A DNA stretch of 63,999 nucleotides, filler included, from Octopus bimaculoides (lineage: Eukaryota): the NCBI RefSeq assembly GCF_001194135.2. It is 6 parts of 5 records of this genome, joined end to end, with 100 filler letters (N's around TTAATTAATTAA, not from the genome) between each part and the next. Parts side by side here need not be neighbours in the genome. Positions count along the whole stretch, not along the records: positions 52,165 to 60,918 come from NC_068984.1; positions 61,019 to 62,896 come from NC_068998.1; positions 62,997 to 63,999 come from NC_068981.1; 3 more parts are not named here. The stretch is one strand, 5' to 3'. A program made the position numbers and the translations under genes. The notes below the pieces were generated by a model. It saw only the letters and a program-made list of their open reading frames with translations. It was not told the DNA's origin and ran no database searches. Shown here piece after piece: positions 53,481-63,999 of the stretch. Position 1 is the first letter of the stretch, and each line of letters starts with the position of its first letter.

Positions 53481-53766
53481 TGTGTGTATATACATGTATA
53501 TCATATGTAACATATATATTATATCATACCTTGATACTGTGTAGACTAAGATACCGGTTAATAGACCGCTGGTATTTATAGAGTGTTAAACTCTTTTGGT
53601 ATGCCAATTAGAGACTCCTGCATTTGTTGAGTATATAAACAGCATGACTGCTTGTTTCTCTGGAGACTGTCAGAATAATGTAGACGCACCTGATGAGAAC
53701 CTAATAAAGTTCGAAAACAAAGAACAAATAAAAAGACACAAAAAAAACGCGAGGACGTGGTTTTAC

Positions 53767-53898
53767 GTTTTGAGTAATGCTCTTCTTCAGAAACAGAGGG
53801 AAGTCCAGTAGAAAAGGAAGACGGAGGAAAAGAAATCACCAACGATTCATATGTGGTTACACTTTGAAATGCATCCATCTCACTTCTCGCATCATTTT
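53767..53898 (-). CDS. Candidate internal exon (phase 1-1, 132 nt), Ser/Thr/Pro-rich
   Basis: Acceptor ttattctctttccctgttacag, donor C|gtaaaa; NDARSEMDAFQSVTTYESLVISFPPSSFSTGLPSVSEEEHYSK. Confidence 0.5.
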
Positions 53899-54180
53899 CT
53901 GTAACAGGGAAAGAGAATAAGTTTGAAAAGTAGAATGTTCCCTAAATCTAGCAAATTCATAACTATATAAAAAAAGAGAGGATAATTATTCTATAGAAAG
54001 AACTATGAGGGGCGAATTTGGTATTCGTGGGTGATTATGATCCAGTGATATCGTTCATAGTCCAGTATCTTTTCCAAATAAGGAAGCAAAGAAGAGGAAT
54101 TTCTCCAGGGATCATTTCCGCAGCGAAAGGTCTTCCCACGTTCGAGTATACACGAATGCGTTAAATATCGTTGTACATGT

Positions 54181-54230
<50 letters not shown>

Positions 54231-55277
54231 NNNNNNNNNNNNNNNNNNNNNNNNNNNNNNNNNNNNNNNNNNNNNNNNNNNNNNNNNNNNNNNNNNNNNN
54301 NNNNNNNNNNNNNNNNNNNNNNNNNNNNNNNNNNNNNNNNNNNNNNNNNNNNNNNNNNNNNNNNNNNNNNNNNNNNNNNNNNNNNNNNNNNNNNNNNNNN
54401 NNNNNNNNNNNNNNNNNNNNNNNNNNNNNNNNNNNNNNNNNNNNNNNNNNNNNNNNNNNNNNNNNNNNNNNNNNNNNNNNNNNNNNNNNNNNNNNNNNNN
54501 NNNNNNNNNNNNNNNNNNNNNNNNNNNNNNNNNNNNNNNNNNNNTATATATGACTTGCCTTAGTCTGCGACTTATCTTATATTTGAATATGCTCCACTGC
54601 TGAAACAGTGCCTTGGGGACAGGTTAGTCAAGCACTAAATAGCATTGATAAATACTTAAGTAATACTATAAATAATATAATGTTGAGTCTACGTACACAC
54701 ATAAATTTTCATATATGCGTATTTATACATTCACATAGACACACCACACACATACACATGTATATGTATGTATTAATAAAGCAAAACTATAATATCTATT
54801 CAAAATATGATAAACAAATTTTTTGATAATGAAAATAGTTCTCGAAATTGATTGTGATTTAATCATAAGATTTAGCAAAACAAGTTTAAAAAATAAAAGC
54901 ATGAATGAAATACAATGGAAGCAAACGAAATGAAAAATATTTTCGTGGTGAAAGCTTATCAGACAATTAACAATTTACATGCCGTGTAGAGAACTTATCA
55001 GAAGATGTATGCTTAAATATGTACCATATTATCAGCTACCTATTTTTTTTTTTTACTTCTTGATGTTTTTACTGAACAACTGATATCAAACATACAAATC
55101 TCTCTTTTTATCAATATATTGATTATAATTTTTTAATGTGTGCGCGTGCATTTGTGTGTGTATGCATGCATGTATGTATGTGTGTAGATATATATACATA
55201 TATATATATATATCTATTAATTCATACATGCAAATATTATATACACTTACACACGCGCACACACTCATATATACACT

Positions 55278-55367
<90 letters not shown>

Positions 55368-55699
55368 GCATACACATAAATATATATATGTAGGTATATA
55401 TGTATGTATGTATGAATGTATATGCAAATGCACACATGCACACATTTATATTCATATTTCTATGTAGATATGTACACATGTGTGTTTGCAAGTACGTAGG
55501 TTTGTAGATATAGGTATAAATGAATGTACATTTATGTGTGTGTATATATATACACGCGTTTGAATGAGCGTGTATACATACACATGACTTTAAATTCATC
55601 GAAAACATTAACCGTGCATCATAGGATGAGTTTCATTTTCACTGTCCTTCTTTTCATCAGTTAATGATATTAGTCTAAAAATAATTCTAATTAAGATTA

Positions 55700-58250
55700 C
55701 CGAATGAATTAGTGGTCAGCTTACACTACGGTTATTGCTTAATTATGACCTGGATGACCAGATTTGCTTTCTACTCTTCACCATTAGTGCAATAAGAAAG
55801 TCTAGGCAATATATATTTGGCAAAATTTCCAGATGAGGTTTTCAATATTTTTTTGACTAATTTCCCCAACTTACTATATCCTCATAAATCTCTGCGTGCA
55901 TCAAGCATGCCATTCCAGCCAATCACTAATATCAAGTTCCTATGAATGTTTCCATATGTTTCAAGAAATGTTGCTTTCCTGAATCTGTCAGGACATTCAC
56001 AGCCTGTTCTCCGTGCTGTTGAAAACTCTTGTTTTTGAACCATATCTAGGACGATCTTGTATACTTCTAAATCTAGTCTATTCTGAAATACACTGTCATG
56101 TTGTCGGATCCAGAATATCATAAACGGGCATAAAACTAGTAATCGTTCTGGAGGCGGCTTTCGATTTCACCTCAGAAATCCTGATCCAGTTAAAGACTAT
56201 TACATCTAGATGTAACGTTTTCGATTCACTGGACAGATTTCTCTTATTTTACAGTGATACTAAGTCACAGGTGTTTGTAAAGCTTATTTTTTATATAGCC
56301 ATGTTATGGAGATGAAAAGTAACTAAAAATTTAAACGAATGATTGTACTCTGATCTAAAGGAAATCTTTCTTCCTGATCTTTGACCGGATTCTCCAGTAT
56401 CTTCGTGTCCAGGATAGTTTTACACCTCATAAATCATGCGGAAACAAGATTTTCATGGATCTACATTTGCTTGATGTTCTCACGTGAAACCTGTTTTATT
56501 TTCATTAAAACCCTTGCTTACTGAAGATTTTGTCCTTAATCTCTTTAACTTCTCTATAACGAGAAGGGTGAAGTTAAGGACCTGATTTTGGTGGTTTTGC
56601 TACTGCCATTATATTTCTGCTTCTGCTTTCATAATTGCTTTTGTTGTTGCCATGTCACTTCCATTTCGTCTAACATGTTTTACTATTACTGCTGCTGCTT
56701 TTCTGCGGCTATTGTTATTTTTCTTGTAGCTACTGTGTTGTATATTTGTTTCTTATACTTGTTGGTAACTTGTATGTTTGGCCAGAATATTTTCTTTGTC
56801 TTGTCGGTGACAAACCTTTAGACTATGGGTGTGAGTTTTCTGGGTTCCTCAGACCCGCATCTTCCATTTTATCAACAATTGTATTCTTTCGTCTTTCCAA
56901 TCCCTTTTGGTTTTCATTCAGTATCTTATTCAAGTGAGCAGACAACGTTGAAGGTATGTCTGTACTTTCAGGCAATTCTCTTTACTTTGGTGCTAGTGCT
57001 AAGATTTCTCTACAAAGTCTTGTTTGTATGCCTGTTACAGAAGACTGCTTAGATTAAGAGAGTTTGCTCTGTTTTGACTGCTTTTATGATTGTAGCATTC
57101 AGAATATTCTTAGAAGCAAGACGCAACATTTCATCTTCTCTGTTCGGTAGAAATGTTTTTTTTTCTCACAAATTTAACATTTGAAATTTTTATATTCAAT
57201 GACCATCTCTGTCTTCTTTAGAACAAAAATAATCATGTGTGCTAAGAAAATCTAGAGTAACCAGTACTACCAACTAGATTCCTATCCGATTCTGATGGTG
57301 GATAGATATGAATCCAAGTATTTTCGTCCACATTTGGCAACCTTCTGGATTGGTATATATTGTCTTTAGTCTTTGGTCGCTCAATGTTTCATGTATCGTG
57401 AGATCAGAACAAACTTTCAAGACACAGTAATGGATGTGGCTGTTATTTGGGCTTCTATCTTCATTATCTCCTATTTTGGCCAGAGAAATGACTTGGTCCT
57501 ATGACTACCTTGACGGCCCCTTGGACAAAGGTGAAGTGATTTTCTCTCATCTCATAAAACCGAAGTTTCAGTTAATGTAGCTGAAATGGCAGCCTCCAGT
57601 TCCTGAGGCATTTGATGCTTTTTTTTTAGTCTTTTTAAATTCTCAGAGTTGAAGGAATTCTAGTACACTTCGCTGCTTCAATTTGACAACTTTACTTCCT
57701 CCCTTACACTGCCAACCTGATCGAAACAGGTCTAGTTCTCGATATAGTTTTGGAGCCATGAAGGTTCATCTGGACCTAGAGATCCATGCAGACCATAGGT
57801 GTCTACAAGTTACTGCACGTTAACTCCGCACCTAATATTTGTTTGAACTCATATCCCGAAAGGTCAATAAGCCAAGAATGAATATTTTGGAACATCTTGA
57901 GATGTAATGCTCATATTCCTGTGATGCATGTACTGTGGCTCAGTATGTAACTTACCAACTCAACATGTTTAAAAGTTGAGGGATTTACAACGAGGAAAAG
58001 GACAGGATCAACAAAGGATCAGCAATGATATATGATAAAGTAACTTCAAGTCTTCAGTATGGAAAACACAACTTTGTTGGGTGTTTCGTGACATATCCTG
58101 AAACACATCAAAGGCAAATAATTTCTTCTAGTTCTTCCTGCCAGCCAACGACCATGGAGTTGATTGTAGGGTCATTCAGTTACACAAGTTTCTCCATTCA
58201 CATTTAGATAGAGTATAGTACTTTCCTCTTTACTATCACAGTTCTCTTTA
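55700..58250 (-). other. Unassigned decayed coding-like block (probable old transposon)
   Basis: 2.5 kb almost free of microsatellites, with protein-like minus-strand stretches broken by stops (e.g. ELPESTDIPSTLSAHLNKILNENQKGLERRKNTIVDKMEDAG); no family motif recognised. Confidence 0.3.
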
Positions 58251-58364
58251 TGAGGGACTCGAATAAAGTGTAATGAGTTTTAAGATGGACAAAAGGCAAA
58301 ATACAGTAATTTTGGGAGAATGGAATAGATTATATTGCTACTCGTAATATAATGGTACATATTT

Positions 58365-58460
58365 TATTAAGGCCTGAAAAATTTCCACTTGTAAGATTTG
58401 GTCTCAGAACGTACGGGGATGAAGGGATATTTACCTAGAGCTCTACTGATTCTGCCATAT
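58365..58460 (-). mobile_element. SINE family A, internally deleted copy
   Basis: aaggcctgaaaa...gatttggtctcagaacgta...ctactgattctgcca, abutting (GAT)n. Confidence 0.65.
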
Positions 58461-58534
58461 GCGACTAATGACGATGATGATGATGATGATTGTGGTGGTG
58501 GTGGTGGTGGTGCTGCTGGTGGTGATGATGATGA

Positions 58535-58572
<38 letters not shown>

Positions 58573-59425
58573 AATGATAATTACGATGNNNNNNNNNNNN
58601 NNNNNNNNNNNNNNNNNNNNNNNNNNNNNNNNNNNNNNNNNNNNNNNNNNNNNNNNNNNNNNNNNNNNNNNNNNNNNNNNNNNNNNNNNNNNNNNNNNNN
58701 NNNNNNNNNNNNNNNNNNNNNNNNNNNNNNNNNNNNNNNNNNNNNNNNNNNNNNNNNNNNNNNNNNNNNNNNNNNNNNNNNNNNNNNNNNNNNNNNNNNN
58801 NNNNNNNNNNNNNNNNNNNNNNNNNNNNNNNNNNNNNNNNNNNNNNNNNNNNNNNNNNNNNNNNNNNNNNNNNNNNNNNNNNNNNNNNNNNNNNNNNNNN
58901 NNNNNNNNNNNNNNNNNNNNNNNNNNNNNNNNNNNNNNNNNNNNNNNNNNNNNNNNNNNNNNNNNNNNNNNNNNNNNNNNNNNNNNNNNNNNNNNNNNNN
59001 NNNNNNNNNNNNNNNNNNNNNNNNNNNNNNNNNNNNNNNNNNNNNNNNNNNNNNNNNNNNNNNNNNNNNNNNNNNNNNNNNNNNNNNNNNNNNNNNNNNN
59101 NNNNNNNNNNNNNNNNNNNNNNNNNNNNNNNNNNNNNNNNNNNNNNNNNNNNNNNNNNNNNNNNNNNNNNNNNNNNNNNNNNNNNNNNNNNNNNNNNNNN
59201 NNNNNNNNNNNNNNNNNNNNNNNNNNNNNNNNNNNNNNNNNNNNNNNNNNNNNNNNNNNNNNNNNNNNNNNNNNNNNNNNNNNAACATGTATTTTTCTGT
59301 CTTTTCTTTGTCATGCATCTCATTTTTTTTTTAAAACGTATTACTTTATTTTCGTTTTTTCCGACTATTTCCATAGTTTTTTTTGTTATTGTCGTCGTTG
59401 TTGTTGTAGTAGTTGTTTTTGTTGC

Positions 59426-59498
<73 letters not shown>

Positions 59499-60071
59499 GC
59501 TATTATTATATGTACGTATATACAATTACATATATGATGCATGAATAGATATATATGTACACATATACATGTGTGTGCATGTAGATATGTATATATCTAT
59601 GTACAAGTATATCTATCTATTTATGTATGTATGTATGTATGTATGTATGTATCTATCTATCTATACATACATAGGTACATACATACATAGGTACATAATA
59701 AAAAAATACATACATACACATTAATATATTATATACAGATGTAAATATACGCATATATGTATGTATGCGTATGTATATATGTATGAATGTGTATATAGAT
59801 ATTTATGAAAATGAAATGAAATACACTATAAAAGTACAAGCACACACGCACAAACACGTAGATTCACGTCCACACACACACACACACACACAAAAGTTAT
59901 ATATATATATTTTTTTTTATTCCGTAACTCGCTCCTGTTTCACTCTCCCTCTTACTCTCATTCAGTTTCACTTTCACTTTCACTCTCGAACTTGCACTTC
60001 TCACTTTAAACTTTTCTGTCCTGATCTATGTATATTATTTTTCTGGTAGGATATTTTTTTGTTCTGGTTAC

Positions 60072-60157
60072 TGTTTTTTTTCCCCACTGGCATTCCGCTT
60101 TTTGTTCGGGGTGAGTCTGAGGGTGTAGGGATCTGTCTGTAGCTTTTAGAGAAGGGA
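60072..60157 (-). CDS. Candidate exon (phase 2-1, 86 nt)
   Basis: Acceptor cttctgctaaatattgcag, donor A|gtaacc; PFSKSYRQIPTPSDSPRTKSGMPVGKKN. Confidence 0.2.
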
Positions 60158-61048
60158 CTGCAATATTTAGCAGAAGTATTCCATGAATTTTAGCAAGGAA
60201 ATTATATACGTACATACATATATATATATATACATNNNNNNNNNNTATATATATATATATATGGGCACATACATGTGTATATACAAAAGGGAGTGAATAG
60301 AAAGCAAGATACAATGCAATTTTAGCAGGGAAACAGAAATAGATTTCTTTCAAAGAATAAGAAAGGAGAAGAATGTAGAGGATGGAGGGCTATATATGTA
60401 AAGGTGGATGGTGCAAGGCAAGGCGATAGATAGACATACAGAGCTACAGAGAAATAGATAAATAGATAGTGCACTACATAGATACATAGACAGACAGATA
60501 GATAGAAAAATAGAAAATTAGAAATAAGGCTCCTATGTAAAATTACTGTCCCATCAAGTAATTTAGATACATTTGTGCAATGTTATTCTCATTAACATTT
60601 CCCTTGAGGTAGGTCGAAGAAAGCTTGCAAGGAAAAACCGGTTTAATTAGTAATATATTATATTACTTTTCAACATTAACTCTTGCGCCTATTCTCTCTT
60701 TCTATTTTTTTCTCTGGAAAGAAAAAGAAAAAGAAGAAAAATGACACAAATACAAACATCATTTAACATGTATTTTTCTGTCTTTTCTTTGTCATGCATC
60801 TCATTTTTTTTTTAAAACGCATTACTTTATTTTCGTTTTGTCCGACTATTTCCATAGTTTTTTTTGTTATTGTCGTCGTTGTTGTTGTAGTAGTTGTTTT
60901 TGTTGCTATTATTATTATNNNNNNNNNNNNNNNNNNNNNNNNNNNNNNNNNNNNNNNNNNNNTTAATTAATTAANNNNNNNNNNNNNNNNNNNNNNNNNN
61001 NNNNNNNNNNNNNNNNNNTATATATATATATATATGCATATGTATGTA

Positions 61049-61141
<93 letters not shown>

Positions 61142-61251
61142 ATTCACACGTTAATCTATCTGTTTATGTATCCATCGTCGTATCTATTAATCTGTATTTA
61201 TCTATCTAATTGTCTACCTACCTAATTGTCTTTCTAACTGTCTGTGTTTTC

Positions 61252-61286
<35 letters not shown>

Positions 61287-61578
61287 CATCCATCCATCCA
61301 TCTATCTAGCTATCTATTTATTTATCCATTTATCCATCTATCTATTTATCGATCTATTTATCTATTTGTTTAATAATCCTTCGCCCTTCCCTTTTTCTCC
61401 TTTTTCTCTTTCATTTTATCTCTCGCTCGCTCTTTCTCACTCCCTCTTTCCCCTCCTCTATCTCACACACTTTCCTACATACACTAATTCACCCAATTCT
61501 CTACCTCTCTCCTCCTTTCTCCTTCGCTCTCCTTCCCTTTCACTCCACTCCAATGGCGTTATCCGACTAACATGATAC

Positions 61579-61703
61579 ATGTCTGTGCGTATGCTAAAAT
61601 TCTCTTGTTCAATCTCATTTGCCAGACGGAAATAAGTTCGTGTAGTGTTGTCAGAAGCCCGGATGCAATATGGAAAATGCAGCATCAAGAGAACAAGCTT
61701 CCT
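61579..61703 (-). CDS. Candidate exon, possibly signal-peptide h-region plus mature N-terminus
   Basis: Strong acceptor ccttttttttttttcttttgctcaatag; only phase 0 is open: RKLVLLMLHFPYCIRASDNTTRTYFRLANEIEQENFSIRTD; donor gtatca (phase 2) or gttagt at 61572 (phase 0). Confidence 0.25.
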
Positions 61704-62017
61704 CTATTGAGCAAAAGAAAAAAAAAAAAGGTGTTTCCGCTAAAATTCATCAACAATAAAAGCCACAGTTGCACCAACACTAACATCAACACCAACAGCA
61801 ACAGTAACAGCCTCGACAGCACTAAAACGGGAAGCATTACTCACAATAACATATTACAACAAGCAGCGAAGACATTAATACAAACGTTGCCGACGCCAGC
61901 ACCTAAACCATCGCCAACACACACAACGAAAGTAACAACAAAAGCAACCATAACAACAACAGCACCAAACATCAACAACAACAACATGATAATTAGTGAA
62001 CCTCTATGTAATCATAT

Positions 62018-62387
62018 GTGGAGGGCAGCGGACTCGCGGTCATAGGATCGCGGTTTCGATTCCCAGACCGGGCGTTGTGAGTGTTTATTGAGCGAAAACA
62101 CCTAAAAAAGCTCCACGAGGCTCTGGTAGGAGATGGTGGCGAACCCTGCTGTACTCTTCCACCACAACTTTCTCTCACTCTTACTTCCTGTTTCTGTTGT
62201 GCCTGTAATTCAAAGGGTCAGCCTTGTCACACTGTGTCACGCTGAATATCCCCGTGAACTACGTTAAGGGTACATGTGTCTGTGGAGTGCTCAGCCACTT
62301 GCACGTTAATTTTATGAGCAGGCTGTTCCGTTGATGGGATCAACAGGAACCCTCGACGTCGTAAGCGACGGAGTGCCAACAACAACA
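62018..62387 (+). mobile_element. tRNA-derived SINE family C with (CAA)n tail and 12-bp target-site duplication
   Basis: B box ggtttcgattccc; ends gacggagtgccaacaacaaca; atgtaatcatat at 62006-62017 and 62388-62399. Confidence 0.92.
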
Positions 62388-62552
62388 ATGTAATCATATA
62401 TGATATGCTAGAAATATGAACCATATCAGCGTCTACAAAAGCCAGACTTTCTACATCTGTCACTCTGTCTCTTTCTTTCTTTCTTTCTTTTTACCATCTC
62501 TACATGTATGCATACATACATACATACATACATACATACATACATACATACA

Positions 62553-62896
62553 TAGTAGTAGTTGGCACTCCGTCGCATACGACGTCGAGGGTTCCAGTTG
62601 ATCCGTTCATCGGAACAGCCTGCTCAGGAAATTAACGTGCAAGTGGCTGAGCACTCCACAGACACGTGTACCCTTAACGTAGTTCTCGAGGATATTCAGC
62701 GTGACACAGTGTAACAAGGCTGACCCTTTGAATTACAGGCACAACAGAAACTAGAAGAAAGAGTGAGAGAAAGTTGTGGTGAAAGAGTACAGCAGGGTTC
62801 GCCACCACCCCCTGCCGGGGCCTCGTGGAGCTTTATGTGTTTTCGCTCAATAAACACTCACAACGCCCGGTCTGGGAATCGAAACCACGATCCTAT
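62553..62896 (-). mobile_element. SINE family C, second copy, inverted relative to 62018-62387; head cut by a gap
   Basis: The reverse complement aligns end to end with 62042-62380 with few differences. Confidence 0.92.
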
Positions 62897-63270
62897 NNNN
62901 NNNNNNNNNNNNNNNNNNNNNNNNNNNNNNNNNNNNNNNNTTAATTAATTAANNNNNNNNNNNNNNNNNNNNNNNNNNNNNNNNNNNNNNNNNNNNTACA
63001 TATACATATACATATTCTTATACATATTCTTTGACAATCGAATAAAGTTGAGGAGGAACTGACCTGGCTTTTTTCTCTTGTGTATATTGAGGGAATGTTT
63101 TACTGTCTTAAGAGACAGTATGACTGGCTAGCTGGGGTGGGACGGAAGAAGAGTTAAAAAGGATTTTTTAATTTTATTTTTGGTTGGTCTGTGACAGTCT
63201 GTCATGGTTCACTGGTTTTTGGGACTGGTTTTGTGCACATCTCTATGTGTGTGTGTATATATGTGTGTTT

Positions 63271-63303
<33 letters not shown>

Positions 63304-63863
63304 CCGTTTTTATTGGTCCCAGAGTTTGTTGTGGAATGTGTATATGAGTGTGTGTTTGACTGTTTTTTTGTGTCGCTGAGGATTGCTTTGCATTTAAATA
63401 AATGTAATGATTACATTGTTCAATTAAATGGAATTACATGAAACGATCGTACTGCATTACCTCTGGATATCCTTGTTGCTTATTTTGATTTTAATCACAT
63501 TATTTTGAAATTGTATGAATTTCCCGTACTAAATCCTGGAGCCTCAACTTAAGTATCATATTCATCTGAATCTGAATATGTAGATATGTATGAGTGCGTG
63601 GTTGCAGGAAAATACTCGTAGCACGTTTGAAAATCGCAGTATTTTTCTGGAAAAGAAATATAAAATCTAATCAACATATGTACAAACAATCAATCTGCAT
63701 ATACGTACATAAATAAACGAATGTATATGAACAGTTTTATGCCACACAAATAATTAAATACTGTGTACTGTATATGCATAAGGAACAAAAATTGATAAAT
63801 GTGTACAGACGTACGTATAAACATATATGTGTTTAAATAAACAAATATAAATATATATGCATG

Positions 63864-63898
<35 letters not shown>

Positions 63899-63999
63899 AA
63901 TGGATTTTGTAATAGTATTTTTAACAATATCAAAACGTGATGAAAATGAAAGTTCATATTTAGTTGAATTTTGTTATTTCTTATATCAATAAATGCGTC

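Noticed and set aside
53791-53867. Plus-strand terminal exon candidate (E)TEGSPVEKEDGGKEITNDSYVVTL* with a PDZ-like end
   Set aside because: It is the antisense of the better-supported minus-strand exon 53767-53898, and no compatible upstream plus-strand exons were found.
54952-54964. agcttatcagac resembling vertebrate miR-21
   Set aside because: The match is short, there is no precursor hairpin, and the lineage is wrong.

Overview
AT-rich, microsatellite-saturated animal genomic DNA with many N gaps. The SINE repertoire and repeat load point to a coleoid cephalopod, most likely Octopus (inference). No prokaryotic-type system (CRISPR, operon, rRNA) is present, and almost all ORFs in the supplied track are microsatellite or N-gap artefacts. 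Best-supported content: (i) many tRNA-derived SINEs of at least four families; (ii) decayed autonomous elements identified by hand translation: two Tx1/L1-superfamily LINE 3' fragments, two R4/Dong-type RLE LINE fragments, Penelope-like RT and GIY-YIG fragments, and an internally deleted mariner; (iii) a ~600-bp foldback and a young inverted SINE pair; (iv) hammerhead-ribozyme motifs, one a near-complete minimal type I; (v) a chain of phase-compatible minus-strand exon candidates that would encode one or two unrecognised single-pass membrane proteins. The most interesting signal is a likely SINE-LINE partnership: the commonest SINE and the Tx1 LINE end in the same CTTGT-loop stem-loop, with compensatory stem changes, plus an (ATT)n tail. 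All exon models are hand-derived and unconfirmed.
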